Shown: in pieces, positions 36,640-49,600 of the stretch
Layout: each line of letters opens with the position of its first letter
Numbering within the stretch: the stretch's first letter is position 1
Assembly (NCBI GenBank): GCA_951406725.2
Contig: OX597823.1
Span: 48,050,001 to 48,114,000 of the forward strand
Source: Octopus vulgaris
Taxonomy: Eukaryota
Reading direction: 5' to 3'
Length of the DNA: 64,000 nucleotides
Program-made: the position numbers and the translations under genes
The notes under the pieces: model-generated
Database searches by the model: none
Seen by the model: only the letters and a program-made list of their open reading frames with translations
Told to the model about the DNA's origin: nothing

Positions 36640-36868
36640 TTAACCCATTAGTGTTTGCATTATTCTGCCAAAATTAATGCTTTTTTATCCACATTGTTTT
36701 GAACTAATCATGCATCATCTTGTAGCTATGAGATTTGGATGAGGTAGCTGTTAATTTTAAAAACGATATTGTAGGGTAGGTGTGAGAGACCAGATCTGGC
36801 CAGTTTGACCATAAAACAGGCAGAATACTTTTGGCCGGATATGGCCGGTTTAAATGCTAAAGGGTTAA
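36640..36868 (+). mobile_element. piggyBac-type MITE family G, complete
   Basis: TTAA-CCCATTAGTGTTT ... AAATGCTAAAGGG-TTAA. Confidence 0.85.
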
Positions 36869-37254
36869 ACACGATATTTCTCATTCTAAAAAATGTCAGT
36901 CTCCATCACAATTTCAAAACAAATTTGTAAAATAATCTCATTTCTTCTCTTAAACCATCTTAACATTTTGGTAAAGCAAACGGTTGTATTCAGCAACGGT
37001 TTCTTCCCAAAATGTCTAAAACTAATGACAAGTGTTTGAGATCATTCTCTGCTCTGTCACACGACAGATTTCCACAATGAATGATGTAGTGAAATACTGT
37101 CAGTTTGATACATCCTAGACCAAGCATAGGCAACCAGTTTTGAGACGTGGGCTGCATGGGACATGCACATGGCTAAATAAATACAAAGTAATTTTCTTGC
37201 TAGGCATGCCATCCAGTCCTGCAAGCCACAGTTTGTCTATGACTGCCCAACATT

Positions 37255-37935
37255 AACCTCTTCTACACCACGCAATCTCTTCAGACATTTCCAAATCAGA
37301 TTCTATTTCGTTGCTACATGTCTTTAAAAAAAAAAATTCTGTTTCCCAGCAGTTCTTCCATAAATTCTGTTTACTGAAGTTAGTTCTTCTATCATTTCAA
37401 AGTTGGCATTAAATTCCTTGACTGAACAATAACAACACTGGATTGTCAGACACAGTCATTGATTCATCAAGCGCCAAAAGAAAACTAAAAATTTTGTACT
37501 CTGTTGTTTAATTGGCACTACTTTTTTTCTACCTTTTTACCAAAAAAAAAAATAATAAATGAATAAATAAATAAAATAAAAAAGAAAATTAATATTCTTG
37601 GATAAATCTATTATTCTGGATATGTTTCTTAAGTTGTTTTTACAACACACGATCTAATTAATTTTCCAGCAATAAATATTGTTTTGCCTTTTTTAACTAA
37701 CTTATAAGCTATTCTCAACTATGTTTTGTTGCAGTTTCAATTTTAGTATTTGTCTTGGTGCAAAGCGATTGTTGTGATAAAATTCTCTGCTTCCAGCTTT
37801 CATACTTATCATGACATAAATTTTCTGTTACATTAGACTAGTAAGATGAATATTTTATCTGGCAATGTTTATAAATATTCTTTTGGCAAACTTTGGTTGT
37901 TTTTTTTTCTTTTCAATTACAAAATATTCCAATAT
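37255..37935 (-). mobile_element. Decayed hAT (Charlie/GTF2IRD2-like) transposase fragment
   Basis: LSQQSLCTK...ETATK; FLLALDES...F.MIEELTSVN..GRTAG matches the FSLALDESTD..TAQL..F.R.....EEL hAT motif. Confidence 0.7.
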
Positions 37936-38017
37936 GCTACACACGAATGTTTCATAAAGCTGCAACATTCAATGAATATATATATATATGTGTGTGTGTA
38001 TGTATACACACACACAT

Positions 38018-38270
38018 ACCATGTGATCAACCGAACTATCAGATGCTTTTATACATCGCTAGTCACCATGCGATTTCCATTGTTTTAGCTTTCAAATGTC
38101 ATCCCACTGGCTAGGAGTGCAAGCCAATGATCTATCTATCTATCTATCTGTAAGGTGGTGAGCTAGCAGAATTGTTGGCACACCAGGCAGAAAACTTGCC
38201 AGCATCCTGTCCGTCCTTATATTCTGAGTTCAAATTCTGCAGAGGTCAACTTAGCCTTTCACCCTTTTAA
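38018..38270. mobile_element. SINE C type-1 tail (-) and SINE D head (+)
   Basis: 38018-38128 matches 8990-9110; 38152-38270 matches the family D head. Confidence 0.7.
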
Positions 38271-39085
38271 GGCCAATGCCGGTTGCAGTGATACCTGAAG
38301 AACGCCCCCCCCCCCCAACCCAAGCGTCACCTGTACCTGGAACCAGGCCATATTAAGAAGAACTGTCCCCAGGACCAAAGTAGGGTTCTGGAGCAGTTAG
38401 TAAAAGAAGCCACCTCCTCGTAAAAAGGAAAAAAAAGGAAGAATGTGGGCAGCAGTGGTTGCCCATCGAAGGACCCCAAAGCTGCAGGAGGGAGGGGAGA
38501 ACCTCTGGATAAAGCGGAAGAACTACACCCTCCCGTAGCACAAGGGAGAAAAAAAAAAAGAAGAATGGGACATTGCCGGCATGTCCTTGTCGGTGAGAAT
38601 TTAGCCACCGATGGAGGAAACTGTGGCCCCTCCCATTATAATCAAGGATGCATTTGTGATGTTGTTTCATAAGGGAGGGGCTGTATAGAGCTTTGTAAAA
38701 AAGCTATAGGGCCAGAGGGAAGGGGTCCTGTCTTGTACAGAAAACCCGGATTGGCCTCCGCAGGTAACTGCGGAGGTCATAATGGAAAATGATATGTTCA
38801 GGGTGATGGACTCCTTTCCCAAGGACCAGTACAGTTTTGCTTTCTGGGGCCCTGACTTAGAACTGGGGGAGGAAAGGTAAGATGCCTTAGTGTCTCGATT
38901 TGAAATGGGAATTTGTTATTTTTTGGTAAGAGGCTCAGTGCCTCGTCTTGTAAGGATGATTGCGTCCATTCTTTGAATTTTGGTAAAAGGTTCACTACCT
39001 CATTTTGTGTTGATGAGAAAAAGAGAACAATGTTTTTGAGAAGCAGCAATTGGCGGGCTTTGTCCAGCCCACAGCTACATCTTTG

Positions 39086-40310
39086 TAAGGCTGTATGGAC
39101 AATTGATGAAATAATGTCTAAGAGTGCTATTATAAACAGTAATTGCCCTAAGACAGTTCCTTGAGGGAAACTACTCAAAATTTGTGTTTCCTTAGAGAAT
39201 GCACCCTTGGCTGCAACTGTCTGACTTCAATTGTTTAGGAAGTCATGCAGCCACTCTTCTAATTTACCAGATATACCAAGGTTTCACAGCTTGTGACATA
39301 TCATGCCATGATCAACTTTGTCAAAGGCCTTTGCAAAGTGAAGATACATCACATTGACATGTGAATGGTCAAGCAGCTGTAAGAGCTATATGAGACAGCT
39401 TCTGCCTGGACAGAAGCCATGCTGTGTATCGTTCAGCAAGTCATTTTCTTCTAGGAATGTAATCAGTTTCTTCCTGAATATTTGCTCTATAACTTTGCTG
39501 ATATGTGAAGTCCTAGAGATAGGTCTAGTTTTTGGCCTCTACTCTGCTTCCACCTTTATGGATATGACATATGATGTCTTCTTTTAGCTTTTGGGGAAGT
39601 TTACCACTTGCAAGGAAACTCAGGAAGCGTATCCAAAGTGGTCCCGCTAATTCTTGTTTACATGACTAAGAAAATATTACATCTTCCTCTTCAGTGTCAA
39701 TGTAGGTGATGGCTGCCTCCTTTTCCTGCAGGGTTGCATAGTCGAAGAAATCAGCTGGGTTTTTTATTTGCATATGACCCAGCAGAGAGGTGAAGACACT
39801 TTTAAATTGTACACTGATCACTTCATTTGTCCTTCTGGGGTCTGCAGTCTTTGAGCCATTCAATTGGAGCAGGGGTCCTATTTTGTACTGTACTGTGGTT
39901 GTATCCCTTGCAAATTTATAGAAAGCCTTGGGGTTTGTTTTTATACTTTCTACAGCTCTCTTCTTTGCTCTTTCTTCTTCATGGGACAGTTTACTTTTAT
40001 CTTCAATTTCCATCAGTGTCTCTCTTAATTTAGCCTTTTTACTATCCTTCATTTCTCTATTCAACTGGTTTGAGACATTTGTTCTGTGTCTCTTAAGGAT
40101 TCTCTTGTCTCTGGGGATTCTATTTATATGTATGCTGGCCTTTCTTTCTGGTACATATTTGGTGCATATAGCATGCACAGTCACCTTAAAGCGACAAAAT
40201 TTTAGGTCATTGCCTTGCATAGACAGGTTGTCAGGCCAGTTTTGATTGTAGATCTCTTTGCAGATTGATTACCAGTTTGCTTTGTGGAAATTTAGGTTGG
40301 ATATGGCTTG
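39086..40310 (-). mobile_element. CR1-group LINE ORF2 fragment
   Basis: NLNFHKANW, IKTNPKAFYKFA, IGPLL, RPISRTSHISKV, FLEENDLLNDTQHGF, LHFAKAFDKVDH, PQGTVLGQLLF. Confidence 0.9.
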
Positions 40311-40414
40311 AGTCCTGCTGTAGAAACTCTGCCAGATCAGATTGGAGTCTGGTTCGCCAGACCTCAGTCAAATCATCCAACCCATGCTAGCATGGAAAGC
40401 GGATGTTAATTGAT

Positions 40415-40816
40415 GATATATATGTATGTATACATGTATATGTATGTATATATGTATGTATACATGTATATGTATGTATATATGTATGTATACATGTATA
40501 TGTATGTATATATGTATGTATGTATATGTATGTATATATATGTATATATATGTATATGTATGTATATGTATGTATATATATGTATATATATGTATGTGTA
40601 TGTATGTGTATGTATATATATGTATATATATGTATATGTATGTATATACATGTATATCTATGTATATATATATGTATATGTATGTATATACATGTATATC
40701 TATGTATGTATATATGTATATCTATATATATGTATATATATATATCTATGTATGTGAATATGTATATATATATGTGTATATGTATGTATATATGTGTGTA
40801 TGTATATGTGTATGTA

Positions 40817-40851
<35 letters not shown>

Positions 40852-41045
40852 GCATGTTTATATATATATGTGTATGTATGTTTTTATGTATGTATATATA
40901 TATATAGATGTATGTATATGTGTGTTCATATATATGTATATATATATATGTATGTTTATATATGTGTATGTATATATGCATATATATATATGTATGTTTA
41001 TATATGTGTATGTATATATGCATATATATATATGCTTGTATATTT
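40415..41045. repeat. Large compound (TA/TATG/TG) microsatellite, ~630 bp
   Basis: Directly visible; source of the Y/I/M/C-rich ORFs. Confidence 0.97.
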
Positions 41046-43239
41046 GCATGTAATATATTTTAAATGATTGATAGGGAAGGCAGTGTGTACTGTAAGCTTT
41101 ACTTAGCCTGACAATCATTTTGACATTCATCTGCATCTTTCTCTAGTGGGTGGAGGACAATATAATGGAATCAAATGCCTCTCACAGTGCAGAAGAAACC
41201 TCATCGGGTTACATTTTATACTACGTTTTTCAAGCCTCTCATTTAAACTTTAATTTTAAACATAACTTATATATATATATGTTTGTGCATGTGTTGTTGC
41301 AAAGTTAATGAAATACATGTTGAAAATAGACAGAGAAATGTGATAGGGTTGAAATCTTAACCTGAATTAAAGTAAGGTTTATATAAGATGGATCTAAATT
41401 TATGTTAGAGACGGACCAAATTACAAATTTGATGAAAGTATATCGCCTGAAGGACATTTTTAAAGGAAAACAAACTGGTCACACAAGTAATTAACTAGAA
41501 ATGTATTCATCAAAAAAATGATTGAATATTCCTTGAAACACATTGTCCAAAGTGTTAAATATAACCAGTTATAAAATATGATTGTGCTTATAAAATATTT
41601 GAGACTTTTTACATTAAGGCACAGGTGGGCTTTGTATTAATAAGTTTTCTTCCCAACCACACAGTTCTAGATTTCAGTCCCACTTCATGGCACCTTGAGC
41701 AAGTGTTTTCTACTACATGATTAACTGATCCTTTAGACAAAGCCGGGAACATTTCAGCACCCCGTCATATTAGCTGAACGTTCCAGCATGGGAGGTCCTA
41801 GTGGGAGATTGTGCTCCATTAGCATTTACTTTCAGGGTCATTGACGCATTCAAGCAACAATACCACGACAAGGACTTGAGCTTGTGGTCAGTAATGGATG
41901 ATATAATGGACCATTACTCAATAAACTTGTATGGAATGTATGCCATGTAATCATCTAAGGAGGATCACTCATTCATATTGAAGTTCAGTATAGACATTTT
42001 GGTTTCATTGTTTGATCACATTCAAATGTTTATCCAGTATTGACTGCTATATGAACAAACAGCATCTTATTGATGTTCAGATTGCTTTTCTATGGTTTAG
42101 TACTCATCATTCCAAAGCACGTTAAGTCTTACTGTTCTGCGTATAAAGACATATTGGGTTATTTTCAAGGCATTGCATTCAATCTTGGATACAAATAAGC
42201 TTATCTTCTTTGTGAACGTTTGTATTTTTTCATATAATTACATTTATTATTTTTTTTTATTAAGAAACACAACCTGATAATAAATTGAAAATATATTTAA
42301 TTGTATAATTTATTATCTTTTTAAAATTACATTAATTTATTGAAAAAAAAAAATTAGTATGGTTTCCTGTATGTTTTGATGAATATGTCTTTTCACAAAT
42401 TATATGCTGACTTTTATATATTTTCTATGAATGTATTTCCAACCTATTTGTCTTTTTGGCAATATGCTTTCAACTAATATGTATTAACATTGAAAATGTT
42501 CTTTTTGAATATGCCTAATCCCTGATAAAACATGTCGTAAGCAATATATTATGTATCTCTTCATGTTCATGAAGTCAAATGTTGTGCTGTGTATTGTAGG
42601 AAATAGTGTTATTTACATACGTGACTTATGAAAAGTGATTCAGCAATTTTCTTTCTTCTCCATCTTGAATGTGTTTTGTAATTCAAAATAGCCAAAAATA
42701 TGTGCACCGCTATGTGCTACTTTTGACAATATGATAATGCTAGAAAGAGTAAGAATGGTCAGCTTGAACAAAGTGCCAGGTCCAAAGATTTTCTTGAGGT
42801 TTGCTTTGCAAAGCTAAAATGGCAACTGGAATAAAAGTCTCTGATTTTTATAAAGCAGATACAAAACTGAAAATGTTACACATCTTTGTGGGGGGGGGGG
42901 GAGAAAAAGAAAATGAATCAGTGGGAACTGCCAGATATAGATAATGGTGTTAAGGTGCCCTGGTGGCCCCCACATGGCACACAGCTGAAAAGAAGTGGGT
43001 GAGTGGCTGGTTTGCAAGATTGTATGGGAAGATGAATGAGGGTTGAGGAGGCATACTTTCAAAATGGGTTAGGTTGAAGAGTGAATGAAAAAAGAATCAT
43101 GAACTGGGGAGGATAGAGGGATGCAGAAGAGTGGGGATGGCAAGGGGCAGTCAGTGTTTCCTTTTGTTTAGGAATATACTTACCATTCAAAATCTTTTAC
43201 TGAGTGAAGGTATATTTTAATTTAAATTTTTTTTTGGTG

Positions 43240-43377
43240 TTAACCTTTAGCATGCTGAAGGCAAATTATGTTATTGTATGAGTTTTCTCTCCTGTAGCTG
43301 CAGGTGTATTAAATCATGTTGAGAGGGGAGAAAACTTGTACAGCAACAAGATACACCTTCAGCATGCTAAAGGTTAA
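43240..43377. mobile_element. 138-bp hairpin MITE with TTAA ends
   Basis: TTAACCTTTAGCATGCTGAAGG / CCTTCAGCATGCTAAAGGTTAA perfect 22-bp inverted repeat, plus inner GAGTTTTCTCTCCT / AGGGGAGAAAACTT. Confidence 0.75.
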
Positions 43378-43429
43378 TATAAAACAGCAGTTCATGGTAG
43401 ATAAGAGAAACAAAGAATTTGTATTCAAT

Positions 43430-43685
43430 ATCATAAAGTGTTTGGCATTTGGAAGGGCCTCAGCTGTAAAAACCATGTCAAAACTGACCTCACCTGTGCT
43501 TGTTCCACATAAAAAGCACTCTGTCCACTCTGTGGGGTGGTTGGTGTTATGAAGGGCATTCAGTAGTAAAAACCATGCCAAAACAGACACAGAAGTCTGG
43601 TGCAGGCTCCTGCCTGACCATCTCCTGCCAAACTGTCCAACCCATGCCAGCATAGAAGGCATACATTAAATGATGACGATGATCA
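43430..43685 (+). mobile_element. RTE 3' tail with a duplicated block
   Basis: Two GAAGGGC...GTAAAAACCATG units; CCAACCCATGCCAGCAT...GATGACGATG. Confidence 0.7.
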
Positions 43686-45699
43686 CATATTCAGTAAAGT
43701 CAGTGGGCTGGATGAAATAAAGCTATGGGCTGTACTTTACCAACCCCTGTGTTAGGTTTTTTGCAATGATTTCCTAGCTGGTCGGAGCAGATTCATGTCA
43801 AAGAGTAATGACCTACTAGACTGCTGTCCTGGTAATATCATATGTAGATGAAGGGACACCACAATGAACGTCATGTGTCAATGTCCGAGTTCCGCTGGAC
43901 CACAGAGAACCTCATGACAGAGACTCCTCCCCCATGCATTCCAGCTGACCACCATTTATATCATTCCAGTTCCTGTTATGGGCTGTTAACAATGTCCAGC
44001 TAGGGAGATAACTGTCTATTGAAAAAATGGGAAAAAAATATAGAGCATCTCACAACATCACAGTGGTTAGAAAATGCTGAAATGTATTAGGTTTTCAGAC
44101 TGAGCAGAAAGTAATATACATTATGCAGATTCAGTGTCCATAGGTCTTCAGTACAAGTTCACAATATTGTTCCAAAGTTCAACTTGTGGACATATGTAGT
44201 TATTATTTAAATGCTAACATGGGAGCCTTGTTTCTGAGAAAATAGTTGTTTTGTTATCAGTGAAATTTACAGAATAAGAACATTATAAGCACACAAACAC
44301 AGACATGTATGTGTAAGTGAACACTCGTTTTCTATACTTTCTTCTATTTGTATCTTGTCATTCATTCACAAGACTTTCTTGAAGGACCTGATTTAACTTT
44401 TATGTATGTATGCATGTATGTGTTGTATGACTGTACTGTGTAACTGATTTCGGTGAAGTAGAATACCCCCTTTGAGTTGAGTTGAGATGAAAGCATCATT
44501 GAAGATGTGTGAATGGTTTTCTATTAGCAGTATTTTGCATTTTGCGTTAATAAGGTGCTTTTCAGCAGAATTAAAAGTGGTATTTCTGCAAATGTGGAGG
44601 TTGACTACTTTTCTTCATGCATCTTTGCTACATTGAAGATGCAGATGCTGCAGGCCATACTATTGTGTTCTTTTGGTTTACGTTTTAGGAAATATTTTGG
44701 TTTACTGCACAGCAATAACACTCGGATAATATGGCTTTAAGATATATTTTTAAGGATTGACAGTTTTCTTCTTTTGTATCAAGCTTTCAACTGGATTTTG
44801 TAAAAGCTTTAGTTTTCAGCCCAGCGTTTTCACATGAACATTTTAAGTTTGAATGCAAGCTGTAAACTTGATTTTTATTAATGTTTATTTTCCTCTCTTT
44901 ATCTCATCAACAATAGTACCTATGGTGTTGGAAGTCAAAATTGAAGTTCTATGAAATCAACAATTGGTTTTGATAGTTCTAGCTGAAATAAAATATAGTG
45001 CTTTGATTGTTGTGTTTATTTTTTTATGTTATAGAATGAAAGGTAGAAATATTACTATCAGTACTTTAGTACTGATAAACACTTAAATGCATTCTAATGT
45101 AATGTTGCGTCATGCTCTAGATGGCACAGTGACTGAGGGCACCAAATTAAATGGCTGAAGGTTTAGTTTAGTAGCTTCATAATCATTGTGACCATTTGTT
45201 GTTATGTTGCTTAAGCATTTGGTTAAAACATTGCTAAGATTATCTGACTAGTGAATAAGTTATTTCAATTACTGAGGAAATTTACCTGTGATAAAATCTC
45301 TTCCTGTTTCAATGAAAGTTTGTCCCTAATCTGCTTAATGCTACAACATTCAGAAAAAAGTACTGCCCTTGTAAGGCCCCTAGGCTGTATGGAGGCATTT
45401 CTTAAATTGTGTGAGTGCAGAGGGACTATATTGTGAAGAAATGGTCTCAGATTGACTGATGCCTTCATCATCATCTTTAATTTTTCTATGCTTGCATGGG
45501 TCAGACAGGATTTGTTGAAGCAGATTTTCTTTAGCTGGATGCCCTTCCTGTCACCAACTTTGTGTTTCCAAGTGAGATAATATTCCCCATGAGACAAGTT
45601 TTCATGGAACATTGGAAACCAATTTGGCTTGCATTATGGTGACATTTATTTACAACAATCACATGAAATCAAGGCAGGGAGGCAATAAGCCCAACCCAT

Positions 45700-45791
45700 A
45701 TACTGTGTAGTCAACAAAATCAAAAACAAACAATGTGCATGAACAAAATTAAGAATATAAAATGTTGACAATTTACCCATTGCACTCTGTA
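45700..45791 (-). mobile_element. Tc1/maT-like TIR fragment
   Basis: Homologous to 5370-5458. Confidence 0.65.
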
Positions 45792-45801
45792 TATATACAC
45801 A

Positions 45802-46337
45802 TGCGGGGAAGAGGTAGACCCAGAAAGACATGGGATGAGGTGGTGAAGCATGGTCTTCGAATGTTGGGCATCACAGAGGCAAGACAAGTGGCCAAGCCCC
45901 TTGGCGATATGCCATGCTCGAGAAGACCCATCAAGCCAAGTGAAATCGCCATGGTGGTGAATGTCGTGTAACTGGCAATTGTGCCGATGGCATGCAAGAA
46001 GCACCCTTTGAATGTTGGGCAATATGCTATGCTTGAGAAGACCCATCAAGCCAAGTGAAATCATAGTTATGGTCAATGCCAGTGTTGTGTAACTGTCACA
46101 TAAAAAGCACCCTTCGAATTTCGGGCCTCATGGGGGCAGTGACAAGTGACTGAGACTGGAAAGACCAGTCAAGCCAAGTAAGATCGCAGTCGTGGCTGAT
46201 ACTGGTGTTTTGTGATTGTAGAAAGCATACCGAAACAGATTGGAACCTGGTGCAACTCCCCAGCTCACCAGTTTTCAGTCACAAACCATCCAGCCCATGC
46301 CAGCATGGAAAATGGATGTTAAATGAAGAGGATGATG
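45802..46337 (+). mobile_element. RTE 3' end
   Basis: GRGRPRKTWDEVVKHGLRMLGITEA; repeated GAGAAGACCCATCAAGCCAAGTGAAATC; tail CCCATGCCAGCATGGAAA. Confidence 0.8.
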
Positions 46338-46489
46338 ACACACACACACACATACATATATATAATTCCTTTTTATAACAATGGATCTCAAATCGCATAA
46401 AGCTATAAATGATAGCATATAAATATTGGATGCCAAAAAAAAATTAAAACCCACAAATTATATTATATTCATTATGTAATTATACTCAT

Positions 46490-46574
46490 TAGCTTACAAC
46501 TGTTTCGGCTAAGAGAAGAAACCAGTACTGAGTATTGAATACAGTTTTGTATTCTCGTAGCCTTCTAGGAGCTA
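46490..46574 (-). ncRNA. Penelope-type minimal type-I hammerhead ribozyme motif (core partly deleted)
   Basis: Minus strand TAGCT-cctagaa-GGCTACGAGAA...TTCTCTTAGCC-GAAAC-AGTT-GTA-AGCTA; helices I, II and short III all pair. Confidence 0.6.
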
Positions 46575-47186
46575 GAAGAATACATGTTTATTAAGAAACA
46601 CATTAAATATGTAGATACACACATACATATATATATATATACATCATATGCATGCACATTTGTACTTTGTGACCCCAATCTGCAAAGTATTATTAGTTTA
46701 ATAGGAAACATTTTACTGATAAGTAGAATATTCAGAGACAACTGGAATTTAATTCATAATCAAGACAAAGATTCAAATCAAATAGGTCACACTTAACGTT
46801 GGCAGCATTTGCCAGTCTTAAGATAATCATACCCATATAAATGCAATTAGAACACACACACACATGCAAATATACAGACACAGTCATGTACATACACACA
46901 TGCATATACATAGGTAGAAATGTATCAACAGATGAGCGCCTATAGACACTTAGATACAATTAGATACATACATACACTTGTGTACAAATGCACATACATA
47001 TAGAGATATAGAGACAGGCACAATGAAACTGATACAATCAAAAATTTAAAAGTATTATACATACACACACACACATGTATGTATATCATCATCATCATGT
47101 AATGTCTGCCTTCCATGTCGGCATGGACTGGACAGTTTGGCAGGATCTGATTAGTTGGAGGAATGAACAATGTGGCAATATTTGCT

Positions 47187-47418
47187 TTAACCCCTTTCGT
47201 TACCAACCCGGCTGAAACTGGCTCTGGCTCTGTAGTACGAATGTCTTGTTTTTTCATAAGTTTTGAATTAAAATCTTCCATCAAACCTTAGTCCCAATTT
47301 ATGTTCCTAACACTAGCTTAATGATAACGAAGTTATTTTACTAAATTCTTTGTTATATTTAAAATAATTGAGAGAAACACAGAGCATCTCAAAATAAATA
47401 CAGTAATGAAAGGGTTAT
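47187..47418 (+). mobile_element. piggyBac-type MITE family H
   Basis: TTAA-CCCCTTTCGTTAC ... GTAATGAAAGGG-TTA; relatives at ~26880-27335 and 57409-58037. Confidence 0.8.
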
Positions 47419-47740
47419 CATGGTTTCCATGGTTGGGTACCTTTCTCAGCACCAACCATTTTACAATATATACTGGCAGGGGCAGGGTGTCCTTTAAAAA
47501 AAAAATTCTTTTACATTTTGTCCTTTGTCATCTCCTTCATCCCAGTGTAATCCATCCTAAATCTGATATTGAATTCTTTATAATATTATGGTACATATGC
47601 ATTATGCCAAATGTTTATACCATGATGGATTTTGAGCTGCTTCTCTGATTTGTGCTTCCTGCCGTGGACATTTGATTATCATGATCTTACACAGTTAGGT
47701 GACCAAACATTGGTTGCATATGTAGAGCTTGTAGAAAGAT

Positions 47741-48130
47741 ACTCTTTCACTTGTTTCAGTCATTTGACTGCAGCCATGCTGGAGCACCGCCTTTAGTCGA
47801 GCAAATCGACCCCGGGACTTATTCTTTGTAAGCCCAGTACTTATTCTATCGATCTCTTTTGCCAAACCGCTAAGTGACGGGGGACGTAAACACACCAGCA
47901 TCGGTTGTCAAGCAATGCTAGGGGGACAAACACAACACATACATATATATATATATGCATATATACGATGGGCTTCTTTCAGTTTCCATCTACCAAATCC
48001 ACTCACAAGGCTTTGGTCGGCCCGAGGCTATAGCAGAAGACACTTGCCCAAGATGCCACGCAGTGGGACTGAACCCGGAACCATGTGGTTGGTTAGCAAG
48101 CTACTTACCACACAGCCACTCCTGCGCCTA
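47741..48130 (-). mobile_element. SINE family A, full length, young
   Basis: A box TGGCTGTGTGG, B box GGTTCAGTCCC, CpGs retained, complete tail. Confidence 0.9.
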
Positions 48131-48249
48131 TACCGTGATGCTGCTAATTTTAATTGGGGAAGTTGAAGGGGACAGCTTTGATATGTTGTGGTGCCTCATT
48201 TGGGGATTTGTACTGCTTTCAATATTAATGTTTGGTGTCAGTACTCCCA

Positions 48250-48620
48250 AAACCTTTCAGTTGTAAATTATTGCATTTCTCTCTTTCTTCTCTTTAGGGA
48301 ATAAGTAGTATTAAAATATTTCAACTTCCCTCACCAATTAACCTGTTCATATAAGAGGTGTTTTTGTGTTGGACCATGCTTTTACAAATTCTGATTTCGG
48401 GATTGAAGATGTCTTTGATTGTGTATCCAGTTTGTTTGGTGGGCGGGCTGATAACAAAATGATTGAAATCTTTTCATCTGCTAACTTGTATATGGCATCA
48501 AGTTCTTCTGTTTGTTTTCTAGCACCATTCATATTATTTTTCTTTGATGTCTTCAGAATGATCTTCATTGAAAGTGAAGGTAGCTATTCTGATAGCTGAG
48601 ATATGTCTGAGAGAGCTATT
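48250..48620 (-). mobile_element. Highly decayed CR1-like RT fragment
   Basis: EELDAIYK resembles LQQELDSIYRW at 24.8 kb. Confidence 0.4.
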
Positions 48621-48664
48621 TCAAACAGTATTCAAACACATACACACACGCAAATGTGAGAGAG

Positions 48665-49600
48665 AGGTGACTGTGGTAAGTAGCTTGCTTACCAAACCAT
48701 ATGGTCCCGAGTTCAGTCTTATTGTGTGGCACCTTGGGCAAATGTCTTCTGCTATAGCCTTCAGCCAACCAAAGCCTTGTGAGTGGATTTGGAAGATGGA
48801 AACTGAAAGAAGCCCAGCATCATCATTGTCATTTAACGTCCGCTTTCCATGCTGGCATGGGTTTGACAGTTTGACTGAGGACTGGCAAGCCAGAAGGCTG
48901 CACCAGGCCCCAATCTGATCTGGTAAAGTTTCTGCAGCTGGATGCCCTTCCTATATATATATATATATATATGTTTGTGTGTCTGAGTTTGTCCCCCCCA
49001 CTATCGCTTGACAACCGATGTTGGTGTGTTTACGTCCCCATAACTTAGTGGTTCAGTAAAAGAGACTGATGGAATAAGTCCTGGGGTTGATTTGTTTGAC
49101 TAAAGGCGGTGCTCCAGCATGGCTGCAGTCAAATAACTGAAACCTATAAAAAAAGAATAAAAGAATCATTTAACATCTGTTTTCCATGCTGGCATGGTTT
49201 GGCTGGTTTGACAGGCATGTGCAAGCCAGAGAACTGCACCAGTCTCCAATTGTCTATTTTGGCATGGTTTTTATGGCTGGATACCCTTCCTATCATCAAC
49301 CACACTGTACAGTCCATATAAATATATCATTTATCCGTTATTTTTTACTAGTTTCAGCCACTAGACTGCAGCTGTTTGTCTGTTTTGGCTTGCTTTCTAT
49401 GGCTGGATACCAATCCCTAATGCCAGCCGCTTCACAGAGTGTACTGAGTGTTTTTTGTACATGACACCTGTATGGGTGCTTTATAAGTAGCACCAGCACA
49501 GTTGTTTTTTACATGGCACCAGCGCAGGTGCCCTTTACATAGCACCAACACAGATGCTTTTTACATGACATCATGGTGTGGCACCTGCACAGTGTGGCAC
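48665..49600. mobile_element. SINE A (+) with a nested RTE tail (48817-48952, -), followed by RTE tails (-)
   Basis: Family motifs as above. Confidence 0.75.

Noticed and set aside
40403-41136. Long Y/I/M/C/V-rich ORFs (also at 2470, 5751, 60285 and others)
   Set aside because: Translations of TA/TG microsatellites that happen to lack stop codons
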